From: a virus
Strand: one strand, 5' to 3'
DNA length: 39,699 nt
IMG/VR virus record: IMGVR_UViG_3300042471_000698
Shown here: in pieces, positions 16,042-22,822 of the stretch
How positions within the stretch are numbered: the stretch's first letter is position 1
How the letters are laid out: each line of letters opens with the position of its first letter
Program-made: the position numbers and the translations under genes
Notes under the pieces: generated by a model
What the model was told of the DNA's origin: nothing
Database searches by the model: none
Seen by the model: only the letters and a program-made list of their open reading frames with translations

Positions 16042-16653
16042 ATGCCACAGACACAAGAGGCCAAAATCACCGCGCCAAACCTTGTCAGCGCACAGTTTGT
16101 GCTGCGCGGGACATCGCCGTTGATGACCAATCGCTTTGCCGCGAAAATGGAACTGCTCGCGAAGCACATTGAGGGCGGCAAAGCCAAGAGGGGCGAGCGC
16201 AAAGCGAAGGATGTCGATGATCTGCTTGAAAAGGCAAGCTACATCGCGCCCGACGGTTGGTACGGGTTTCACGTCAGCGGGTTACGCAGCGCACTGATTG
16301 ATGCGTGCCGGCTAGTAAATTTCAAGATGACCTTCGCCAAACTGTCAATCTTCGTTGCGGCGGACGCGTATGATACCGTTGATGCGATGCCGATCATTCA
16401 AATTCACGGCAAGCGCGAGATGTCTACCATGACGACGCGGACGGCGACGGGAACGCCGGATGTGCGCATTCGGCCAATCTGGCACGCATGGGAACTGCAT
16501 CCGCAAATCACTTGGGATGCGGATCAATTCAGCGCTAGCGATGTTGCTAATTTGCTTATGCGGGTGGGCAAACAGGTCGGGATTGGCGAAGGCCGTCCCT
16601 ACAGCAAAAACAGCGCAGGCATGGGGTTTGGGCTGTTTGACATTGTGGGCTAG
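16042..16653 (+). CDS. Hypothetical protein, 203 aa, in the recombination module
   Basis: Track ORF 16012..16653 trimmed to the ATG at 16042, preceded by AAGGAGG. The C-terminus is Gly-rich (GIGEGRPYSKNSAGMGFGLFDIVG). No family recognised. Confidence 0.7.
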   Translation: MPQTQEAKITAPNLVSAQFVLRGTSPLMTNRFAAKMELLAKHIEGGKAKRGERKAKDVDDLLEKASYIAPDGWYGFHVSGLRSALIDACRLVNFKMTFAKLSIFVAADAYDTVDAMPIIQIHGKREMSTMTTRTATGTPDVRIRPIWHAWELHPQITWDADQFSASDVANLLMRVGKQVGIGEGRPYSKNSAGMGFGLFDIVG

Positions 16654-17001
16654 CGTGGCAGGCCCGGCGCGGCCAGGCTCGGCGGGGCACGGCGGGGCGT
16701 GGCATGGCATGGCAGGCGAGGCGGGGCTTGGCTCGGCGAGGCACGGCGAGGCGTGGCATGGCGCGGCAGGCGCGGCGGGGCCTGGCACGGCACGGCACGG
16801 CGCGGCATGGACTGGCGGGGCACGGCGAGGCACGGCGGGGTAAGGCTGGGCATGGCAGGCAGGGCATGGCAAGGCCCGGCGCGGAGCGGCCTGGCACGGC
16901 GTGGCAGGCGTGGCGGGGCATGGCAAGGACTGGCATGGCAGGCGAGGCGCGGCGCGGCGCGGCAAGGCGCGGCAAGGCCGGGCTGGGCGCGTCTTGGCAG
17001 G
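16654..17001 (+). repeat. Degenerate pentanucleotide tract (GGCNN / CNNGG), about 70 units, top strand strongly G-rich
   Basis: Example: GGCATGGCATGGCAGGCGAGGCGGGGCTTGGCTCGGCGAGGCACGGCGAGGCGTGGCATGG. GG recurs every 5 nt (occasionally 4). Six overlapping track ORFs, one per frame, cross it. Lies between the stop at 16653 and the SD/ATG at 17046/17056. Confidence 0.9.
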
Positions 17002-17014
17002 TGTGCAGCGTACA

Positions 17015-17039
17015 GGCGGCGGGGATGGTCCCCGCCGCC
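17015..17039 (+). other. GC-only hairpin: 10-bp perfect stem, 5-nt loop
   Basis: GGCGGCGGGG-ATGGT-CCCCGCCGCC. No U-run follows. Ends 6 nt before the SD GGAGG (17046-17050) of the next gene. Confidence 0.7.
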
Positions 17040-17055
17040 AACACTGGAGGAAACG

Positions 17056-17547
17056 ATGGAACTGAAGTCTAACCTTGAGATAGTGGCGCAAGAGGTAAGC
17101 GCCCTTCTGGCCGCCAATAACGGCTATCTGCACCCCACAGATATTGTGGACGCAGCGCGCGACGAGGCGTCCCCACTGCATTCGTATTTTGAATGGAACG
17201 ATGGCGAAGCCGCAGAACGGTATCGCCTGCTTCAGGCCGGGAACCTGGTGCGAAAGCTCAAGCTGCACATCGTCAAAAACGGTGAGGATGGTCCTCGCGT
17301 CGTGAAGGTCCGCGCCTACTCATCATTGCCAGATGATCGGCATGCCGAAGGCGGCTATCGGGCCACCGTGACATTGCTGCGCGACGACACAACACGTGAC
17401 GCGGTGTTCGCGACAGCGCTGGCCGAAATGGAAGCCTTGCAGGCCAAATATGCACAGTTAGTGGAGTTTGAGGCGATTTGGCGGGCTATGGAAACAGTCA
17501 AGAAAAGCAAGCGGTCGCGCGTCGTAGCGCAGGCGGTGGCGCCATGA
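17056..17547 (+). CDS. Hypothetical early protein, 163 aa
   Basis: ATG at 17056 with GGAGG 5 nt upstream. The same frame is open back to 16699 through the repeat tract, so a longer isoform cannot be excluded. Confidence 0.7.
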   Translation: MELKSNLEIVAQEVSALLAANNGYLHPTDIVDAARDEASPLHSYFEWNDGEAAERYRLLQAGNLVRKLKLHIVKNGEDGPRVVKVRAYSSLPDDRHAEGGYRATVTLLRDDTTRDAVFATALAEMEALQAKYAQLVEFEAIWRAMETVKKSKRSRVVAQAVAP

Positions 17548-17771
17548 ACAAAGAACAACTAGACTACATCAAGACCATCCTCAAAGACTTGGACGCCTAC
17601 ATCGACCATGTTCTTGAGACGGGTCAGCGCGGCCAATATACGCCGCATGCGATCCAAGTCGAGCAGCTAGCGTCGGAATTATTTGACGTGTCCGAAAGCC
17701 TCTACGTATTGACGCAGCGGCCAGAGAGCCAGTGGCTCCAGACGGAGCGCGAGTGGGAGCGCGACACATGA
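17544..17771 (+). CDS. Hypothetical small protein, 75 aa
   Basis: The ATG at 17544 forms an ATGA overlap with the upstream stop. Product MNKEQLDYIKTILKDL... Confidence 0.6.
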   Translation: MNKEQLDYIKTILKDLDAYIDHVLETGQRGQYTPHAIQVEQLASELFDVSESLYVLTQRPESQWLQTEREWERDT

Positions 17772-17917
17772 CCCTCAACGACCTCTACCGCATCGCCGCC
17801 CAGATCGATGTCGCCTCATTCGAGGCTGCGGAGGACGGCCAGCTCGCGCACGCGCACGAGCTGCACGAGATTGCGGAGCGGATCCGCAGGGACGCTGAGC
17901 GGGAGGACAAGCAATGA
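17768..17917 (+). CDS. Hypothetical small acidic protein, 49 aa
   Basis: ATGA overlap at both ends (17768 and 17914). Product MTLNDLYRIAAQIDVASFEAAEDGQLAHAHELHEIAERIRRDAEREDKQ. Confidence 0.55.
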   Translation: MTLNDLYRIAAQIDVASFEAAEDGQLAHAHELHEIAERIRRDAEREDKQ

Positions 17918-18678
17918 ATAATCTCTGGACAATACCCACCCCCGGAGCCCGCCTTGTGGCGGCGCTTGATCAAGGCGTGCTGCTGCGCCGCGCATGGACG
18001 CGCACGGCCAATGACGGCCGCGAGATGGCCTGCGCGCTCGCATGGATGAGCCGCGAGGTGCGGCAGGCAGAGCGCACAGACGCCTGCCCTGCGACGCTGA
18101 TGCCGTCGTGGGCGGCAGAAATGATGCCTTGGCTGGACGACGCGCCGTCAGAAACGGCGTGGCCCGGCATCATGCGTCGCCTTGGCGCGCTCATCGACCG
18201 GACCACCCCGGAGACATGGACCCGTCGTTTGCAGGCGACGTGGTGTCGGATCGCTGTTGAGGAAGCCATGCGGCATACGGACGAGGCTGCGGCGCTCGCC
18301 GCCTGTCGCGACGTGATGGCACTGCTTGACCGCGCTATTGCAGGCGACGAGCCGTCTACTGATGAGTGGACGGTGGTGACAGCGGCGGCGAATGCGGCGG
18401 CGGCGGCCTGGGCGGCGGCCTGGGCGGCGGCGAATGCGGCGGCGAATGCGGCGGCGGCGGCGTGGGCGGCGGCGGCGTGGGCGGCGGCGGCGACGGCGCA
18501 GGCGGCGGCCTGGGCGGCGGCCTGGGCGGCGGCGAATGCGGCGGCGTGGGCGGCGGCGGCGGCGGCCTGGGCGGCGGCGAAGGCGGCGGCGACGGCGGCG
18601 GCTGACCGCATGGCGGCTGCCATGCTGGACGCGCTGGAGGCTGAGATTGAGCAGCAGGCGATGGAGGTGCGGCCATGA
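17914..18678 (+). CDS. Protein with a structured N-terminal domain and an ~80-aa Ala/Trp low-complexity repeat
   Basis: 254 aa. Repeat AAANAAAAAWAAAWAAANAAANAAAAAWAAAAWAAAATAQAAAWAAAWAAANAAAWAAAAAAWAAAKAAATAAA. Coupled to both neighbours by ATGA overlaps. Confidence 0.65.
   Translation: MNNLWTIPTPGARLVAALDQGVLLRRAWTRTANDGREMACALAWMSREVRQAERTDACPATLMPSWAAEMMPWLDDAPSETAWPGIMRRLGALIDRTTPETWTRRLQATWCRIAVEEAMRHTDEAAALAACRDVMALLDRAIAGDEPSTDEWTVVTAAANAAAAAWAAAWAAANAAANAAAAAWAAAAWAAAATAQAAAWAAAWAAANAAAWAAAAAAWAAAKAAATAAADRMAAAMLDALEAEIEQQAMEVRP
18366..18605 (+). repeat. GCG/GCN triplet-repeat tract (encodes the Ala/Trp repeat)
   Basis: gcggcggcgaatgcggcggcggcggcctgggcggcggcctgggcggcggcgaatgcg.... 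Period 3. Generates shadow ORFs in several frames on both strands. Confidence 0.85.
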
Positions 18679-18845
18679 TCTGGTTGGGCCTCGTCGTAGG
18701 CGTGACCATAGTGATCGCGCTGGCGGCAGAGGTGCTGGCGCTGCGGACAGAAGTGCTGGCGCTGCGGGAGGAGCGGGACGCTGCCAAGCGGACCAGCGCC
18801 GTCGAAATCGCGCGCAGAGCCGCGCGATCAATAGGAGGCACGTGA
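18675..18845 (+). CDS. Small membrane protein, 56 aa (not in ORF track)
   Basis: Hand translation gives MIWLGLVVGVTIVIALAAEVLALRTEVLALREERDAAKRTSAVEIARRAARSIGGT. ATGA overlap upstream and TGATG overlap downstream. Confidence 0.55.
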   Translation: MIWLGLVVGVTIVIALAAEVLALRTEVLALREERDAAKRTSAVEIARRAARSIGGT

Positions 18846-19057
18846 TGGAGTACAGCGTACACTTTTGCCTCAACGACGAGGAACTATTCCAAGTGTATAA
18901 CGCGCCTATTCCGCGCGTCGGCGATCACCTGAGCATGGAGGCAGACACATTCCGTGTACAAACTGTCACGCACGCGTGGCACCGGGGCCGTGCCGGAAAA
19001 CCGTATCTCTATATTACGGTCGCGTTGGAGATGACGGTGGAGGTAGACGATGTATAG
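18845..19057 (+). CDS. Hypothetical small protein, 70 aa
   Basis: ATG at 18845 within track ORF 18392..19057. The upstream part of that ORF is an Arg-rich shadow of the GCG repeat. Confidence 0.6.
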   Translation: MEYSVHFCLNDEELFQVYNAPIPRVGDHLSMEADTFRVQTVTHAWHRGRAGKPYLYITVALEMTVEVDDV

Positions 19058-19235
19058 GCCACCAATAGACTTTCACACCGCTCTGGAGCGGGCGAAGACC
19101 TATTACCGAGCATCAAGACACTGGAAAATGCTGGAAGGAACGCCGTGGGAAAACGACGCTGCCGTTTTTGCTGCGGACTTAATGATTGATGTTCAAGCGT
19201 ACTGGCTCGACGCGATACGGGAGGCTGACGTATGA
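19050..19235 (+). CDS. Hypothetical small protein, 61 aa
   Basis: Track ORF. Short overlaps with both neighbours. Confidence 0.6.
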   Translation: MYRPPIDFHTALERAKTYYRASRHWKMLEGTPWENDAAVFAADLMIDVQAYWLDAIREADV

Positions 19236-19621
19236 CCGCTGACCTTTCCACCCTCCAAGCCCTCCTGGCCCGCGTCGAAGGCGGCGCAGGGGAGGATAGA
19301 GAGCTGGATTTGGACATTGCCGTCCATGTCGCCGGGCTTCCGCGCAACTGGCAGGGCTTCCAACTGGCCCGCTACACCACCTCCCTCGACGCCGCCGTGG
19401 CGTTGGCAGAGCGGCGGTTGCCGGACTGGCCGTGGTTTCTTCGCCGCGACGACACGGACGCTAACGGCAAGCGACCCGCGCCCGTCTATAACGCTGCGCT
19501 GCTGTTTCCTGAAGCGCCGCGGGTGACGCCCGGGACGGCCCAATGCACTTCCCCCGCCCACGCGCTCGTGGCGGCGGTACTGAGGGCGGAGATTGCGAAG
19601 AGGGAGGCAGGCAATGACTAA
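19232..19621 (+). CDS. Hypothetical protein, 129 aa
   Basis: Track ORF. ATGA overlap at 19232. No motif I can name with confidence. Confidence 0.65.
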   Translation: MTADLSTLQALLARVEGGAGEDRELDLDIAVHVAGLPRNWQGFQLARYTTSLDAAVALAERRLPDWPWFLRRDDTDANGKRPAPVYNAALLFPEAPRVTPGTAQCTSPAHALVAAVLRAEIAKREAGND

Positions 19622-19677
19622 CTGGACCCCCGACAAGATCGCCGCACCGCGCTCGCGGCGATGAAGGAGGACCAACA

Positions 19678-19818
19678 ATGACCGACATCCAACCACCAAA
19701 AGACTATGAGGAGCCCATGTCACTAGGCTGGACCCTCGCCGGCATTTGCCTTTTCGCGCTCGCCGCTTGGGCCGCGCTTGCCGTCGTCGCGACAGCAGTC
19801 TGGTGGCTGCTCACATGA
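19678..19818 (+). CDS. Small membrane protein, 46 aa (not in ORF track)
   Basis: SD GAAGGAGG 7 nt upstream of the ATG at 19678. Product MTDIQPPKDYEEPMSLGWTLAGICLFALAAWAALAVVATAVWWLLT. ATGA overlap with the next ORF. Confidence 0.6.
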   Translation: MTDIQPPKDYEEPMSLGWTLAGICLFALAAWAALAVVATAVWWLLT

Positions 19819-19973
19819 CGCGCGAGCATCACCACCTCACTCTCGCCCGCGCGCGGGCGGTCTACGCTGCGCGCCGCGCGGCCAGTCGCCACCGCTGGCG
19901 CAGGCTGTCAGGTGCGGTAGCTGTCGTCGGCGTGGTGATCGCGGTGATGGCGGCGATGTGGGGGTTGGGGTGA
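19815..19973 (+). CDS. Small membrane protein, 52 aa
   Basis: ATG at 19815 within track ORF 19746..19973. Basic N-terminus, then TM segment AVAVVGVVIAVMAAMWGL. Confidence 0.5.
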   Translation: MTREHHHLTLARARAVYAARRAASRHRWRRLSGAVAVVGVVIAVMAAMWGLG

Positions 19974-20569
19974 GGGTGCTGATCGCCTGCGAGTATAGCG
20001 GCGTTGTCCGCAATGCCTTCACGGCGCGAGGCCACGATGCATGGTCGTGCGACCTTCTGCCGTCTGAGGACGGGAGCAACCGCCACATTCAAGGAGATGT
20101 GCGTGACGTGCTAGGCGACGGCTGGGACATGCTGATCGTCGCGCACCCGCCCTGCACCCGGCTGTGCAACAGCGGCGTGCGATGGCTCACCGTGCCGCCT
20201 CCGGGCAAGACCGCTGAGCAGATGCGCGCGGAGCTGGAAGCCGGCGCGGATCTGTTTTCGACGCTTTGGAACGCGCCCATACCGCACCGGGCGCTCGAAA
20301 ATCCCGTGATGCATCGCCACGCCAAGGCGCTAATCCGAAATTACCAAGAGCCCGCCCAGAGCGTGCAGCCCTGGCAGTTTGGCCACGGCGAGTGCAAACG
20401 CACCTGTCTGTGGCTGCACGATCTGCCGCCGCTCACGCCGACGCGCATTGTCGAGGGGCGCGAGCAGCGCGTCCACCGGATGTCGCCCAGCCCGACGCGC
20501 TGGAAGGAGCGCTCGCGCTTTTATCCGGGCATCGCCGCAGCGATGGCAGAACAGTGGGGGTCGCTATGA
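19970..20569 (+). CDS. Short C5-cytosine DNA methyltransferase-like protein (~199 aa)
   Basis: The GTG at 19970 overlaps the upstream stop (GTGA). ACEYSG (motif I-like), AHPPCTRLC (PC motif IV) and ALENPV (ENV motif VI). No obvious target-recognition domain at this length. Confidence 0.6.
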   Translation: MRVLIACEYSGVVRNAFTARGHDAWSCDLLPSEDGSNRHIQGDVRDVLGDGWDMLIVAHPPCTRLCNSGVRWLTVPPPGKTAEQMRAELEAGADLFSTLWNAPIPHRALENPVMHRHAKALIRNYQEPAQSVQPWQFGHGECKRTCLWLHDLPPLTPTRIVEGREQRVHRMSPSPTRWKERSRFYPGIAAAMAEQWGSL

Positions 20570-20763
20570 CCCCCATCGCAATCAACCGCGACAGCGGCCT
20601 CGTGCTGTGCGAAGACGGCAGCATCCTTGAGGTCGCCGTCTGGTTTGGCCCAGGCGGTCGCCGTCTGCCTGACGGCGAGGGCGCGCTGGCGTGTGTGATT
20701 GAGACTGATGCGGGCTGGGTGGTGGTGGATCTTCGGTGCTTTGATCCGGTGAGCGTGCATTGA
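20566..20763 (+). CDS. Hypothetical small protein, 65 aa
   Basis: ATGA overlap at 20566 and TGATG overlap at 20763. Product MTPIAINRDSGLVLCEDGSILEVAVWFGPGG... Confidence 0.55.
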   Translation: MTPIAINRDSGLVLCEDGSILEVAVWFGPGGRRLPDGEGALACVIETDAGWVVVDLRCFDPVSVH

Positions 20764-21449
20764 TGCGAGTGGAGACGATAGGCGACGCCACGCTGTATTG
20801 CGGCGATTGCCGGGAGATATTGCCGACGCTTCCGAAGGTGGACGCTGTGGTGACGGACCCGCCTTATGGGATTGCACATACAAGCAATCGCGGAGCATCA
20901 TGGCAAAAAACGCAGATTGCCAACGATCACGACACATCTTGCCGTGATTTCGTGGCCAACTGGTGCGCCGACATGCCGGCGGTGTTTTTCGGCACATGGA
21001 AAATGCCACCAACACAAACAGCACGCGCTTGCGTCGTTTGGGATAAGGGGCCAGCGTCTGGGATGGGCGATTTATCACTTCCGTGGAAGCCATCATTCGA
21101 GCTTGCATATATCTGCGGAAATGGATGGCGCGGAGCACGTGGCGAAGGCGTTTTGCGCGGCCCCGTAGTTGTGAGTTGGGAAAGCGCGGGGCGAGTTCAT
21201 CCGCATCAAAAGCCGGAATGGCTTGCGGCACATTTTATTGAGCGCGCGCCTGGCTTGACCATCCTCGACCCCTTCATGGGCTCTGGCACGACGGGCGTTG
21301 CCTGCATCAAGCTAGGCCGTCGGTTCATCGGGATTGAGATGGAGCCGAAGTATTTCGACATCGCCTGCCGCCGCATTGAGGAGGCGTGGAAACAGCCGCG
21401 CTTGTTTGAAGAGCCAAAGCGCAAGCCTACGCAGTTGGATATGCTTTAA
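20763..21449 (+). CDS. Beta-class N6-adenine/N4-cytosine DNA methyltransferase (N6_N4_Mtase family)
   Basis: DPPY (VVTDPPYG) precedes FMGSGTTGVAC, the order typical of beta-class enzymes such as CcrM. HQKP motif present. ATG at 20763. Confidence 0.85.
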   Translation: MRVETIGDATLYCGDCREILPTLPKVDAVVTDPPYGIAHTSNRGASWQKTQIANDHDTSCRDFVANWCADMPAVFFGTWKMPPTQTARACVVWDKGPASGMGDLSLPWKPSFELAYICGNGWRGARGEGVLRGPVVVSWESAGRVHPHQKPEWLAAHFIERAPGLTILDPFMGSGTTGVACIKLGRRFIGIEMEPKYFDIACRRIEEAWKQPRLFEEPKRKPTQLDML

Positions 21450-21496
21450 GCGCATATCCTGCGAATTTATTTTTCCCAATGTTTTCAACGCCGCAT

Positions 21497-21570
21497 GCGC
21501 ATGTATGCGCACGGAATATCCGCGCTCGGAAGATCGCGGTAGCAATTTGTTAGGGGATGTGCTATATATT
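21497..21570 (+). promoter_or_regulatory. Candidate promoter/operator for the 21640 gene: palindrome plus extended -10
   Basis: Perfect palindrome GCGCAT-GT-ATGCGC at 21497-21510. TGcTATATA(TT) extended -10 at 21560-21570. No good -35. Lies in the only ~190-bp AT-richer gap of the rightward block. Confidence 0.35.
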
Positions 21571-21639
21571 GGCGGCGTCGGAGAGGGGCGGCAACCCCTC
21601 CCCGGTACGCGACTTACTCGGGCGGAGGAGGCCCAAGCA

Positions 21640-22332
21640 ATGACAACACTTATCACATTCGTGCGCGAGCGCAATTGGCTTACCGCCACGGCGCTCTGGA
21701 CTATCGCCCTTAGCTGGGCAACCGCAGGCGTCTGGGGTTGGTCCCAGACAGCGGCAGGCATCATCGCCCCCGTGCTCATGGCCTTGACGTTGGGCGCTCA
21801 GATCGCAGGCGCGCGCATGGTGGCGATTGCTGCCAGCGCAACCCGCGCCCGCCGCGTGGCCTTGGTCGCCCTGGCGATCGGCTGCGTGTGCTGGAGCGGA
21901 TACGCAGGCAAGCGCGCCATCGAGACGTCAGAGGCCCAGCGCCTTGCCCCTGCGGCGGCCTACGCTGCTGCGGTGGCGCGTGCTGATGCTGCTGCGGCTG
22001 CGGTCGCTGCGGTGCCTGCCGTGGCGCTCCAAGACGCCGCAGGGCGGCCTATCGGCCCGCAGCGACTGGCGATCCTGCAGGAGGCTCGCGCCTCTGAGAT
22101 CGCCCGCCTCGCTGCGGAGCGGGACGCGGCTGTCGCTGCGATCCCGGTCGCGCCGGTCGCTGCGGCGCAGCCGATGCCGCAATGGCTCATGTGGGCCGTG
22201 GCGGCGCTGGTTGAGCTTTTGGAGCTGCTCGGCTTCTGGGCGATTGGCGCAGGCCACGCCCGCAAGGCGGCGACGGTGACGGCGATTAACCCGGCGGCGG
22301 AGCTGGCCCGCAAGAGGTGGAACAAGGTGTAA
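21640..22332 (+). CDS. Multi-pass membrane protein with Ala-rich central region (moron-like; function unknown)
   Basis: ATG at 21640 with GGAGGAGG upstream. N-terminal TM segments (WLTATALWTIALSWATAGVWGW, IIAPVLMALTLGAQIAGA, VALVALAIGCVCW) and a C-terminal TM (WLMWAVAALVELLELLGFWAIG). Followed by a terminator. Confidence 0.7.
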   Translation: MTTLITFVRERNWLTATALWTIALSWATAGVWGWSQTAAGIIAPVLMALTLGAQIAGARMVAIAASATRARRVALVALAIGCVCWSGYAGKRAIETSEAQRLAPAAAYAAAVARADAAAAAVAAVPAVALQDAAGRPIGPQRLAILQEARASEIARLAAERDAAVAAIPVAPVAAAQPMPQWLMWAVAALVELLELLGFWAIGAGHARKAATVTAINPAAELARKRWNKV

Positions 22333-22338
22333 GCAAGG

Positions 22339-22369
22339 AGCCCCGGTCAGAAATGGCCGGGGCTTTTTT
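22339..22369 (+). terminator. Rho-independent terminator
   Basis: AGCCCCGG-tcagaaatgg-CCGGGGCT followed by TTTTTT (22364-22369). Confidence 0.85.
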
Positions 22370-22526
22370 GTGTCACGATACGCCTCACGGCCTGCCCACG
22401 GCTCTCGCCAGGCTGGCGATCGGCATCGAGCGCGGCGAGTTCCGGAGCGGTGAAGCGGACGCTGACAGGACGCGGACGGCTGGCGTCCTGGCGGCGATTG
22501 GCGGCTTTCTGCGCGTTGCTAGACAT
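22347..22526 (-). CDS. Ribbon-helix-helix (CopG/MobC-like) regulator, 59 aa
   Basis: Track ORF 22347..22562 trimmed to the ATG at 22526. RPVSVRFTAPELAALDADRQPGESRGQAVRRIV fits the beta-strand plus two helices RHH pattern. The only minus-strand gene inside the rightward block. Confidence 0.6.
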   Translation of the reverse strand: MSSNAQKAANRRQDASRPRPVSVRFTAPELAALDADRQPGESRGQAVRRIVTQKSPGHF

Positions 22527-22535
22527 TTTGCATTC

Positions 22536-22569
22536 CCCTGTTGACAGGGCATCTAGGTGCACCTATATT
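22536..22569 (+). promoter_or_regulatory. Near-consensus sigma70 promoter with two embedded palindromic operators
   Basis: TTGACA (22541-22546), 17 nt, TATATT (22564-22569). Palindrome CCCTGT-TG-ACAGGG at 22536-22549 covers the -35. Perfect 12-bp palindrome TAGGTGCACCTA at 22554-22565 spans the spacer and -10. An inverted TGTCAA lies at 22577-22582. Confidence 0.7.
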
Positions 22570-22594
22570 AGCACGGTGTCAAGGAGGACATGAC

Positions 22595-22810
22595 ATGTAC
22601 ACAGTCTACAGAAACGTCGAACAGCAAGCGTACACGAAAGTCAGCCGCCATCGCACGCTATGGCGTGCAGGCCGCGCGTATCAAGACGCGCGCACGGGCA
22701 ACCTGAGCCGCGTGCTGGACCGCGACGATAATGACGTCACGCAAGCCGCGTTGGATGCAGCCAACGCAGACATGGTTGGCCAATGCCGCTGGTTTAAAAA
22801 GCGGATCTAA
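22595..22810 (+). CDS. Hypothetical small protein, 71 aa
   Basis: ATG at 22595 with AAGGAGG 7 nt upstream. Directly downstream of the strong promoter. Confidence 0.65.
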   Translation: MYTVYRNVEQQAYTKVSRHRTLWRAGRAYQDARTGNLSRVLDRDDNDVTQAALDAANADMVGQCRWFKKRI

Positions 22811-22822
22811 GCCGAAACCTAG

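Noticed and set aside
16042-16653. The C-terminal Gly-rich loop (GIGEGRP...GMGFGLF) as evidence for a RAMP/Cas-like fold
   Set aside because: The resemblance rests on one short glycine-rich motif. There is no other Cas context and I cannot verify the fold by eye.
16654-17001. A CRISPR array or minisatellite as the explanation for the repeat regions (also 13506..13615)
   Set aside because: The repeat period is 5 bp (or ~24-36 bp for the iterons, inside a gene). There is no alternation of conserved 24-40-bp repeats with unique spacers, and no cas genes.
16345-17268. Six long ORFs (307, 127, 162, 155, 282 and 122 aa) crossing 16.65-17.0 kb, with Arg/Gly/Trp- or Pro/Cys/Ala-rich pentapeptide-like products
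   Set aside because: All six frames are open at once because the tract is T/A-poor with period 5. That argues against selection on any one frame. The minus-strand ORFs also run antisense through well-supported genes. Only the possibility that frame 16699..17547 extends the 17056 gene is kept, as a hypothesis.
17970-18873. ORFs 17970..18623(-), 18148..18873(-), 18356..18862(-), 18366..18605(+) and the 5' part of 18392..19057(+), with poly-Ala, poly-Arg, poly-Pro or poly-Gly products
   Set aside because: They are alternative-frame or antisense shadows of the GCG triplet tract inside 17914..18678. That ORF is the only one of them coupled to its neighbours by ATGA overlaps.
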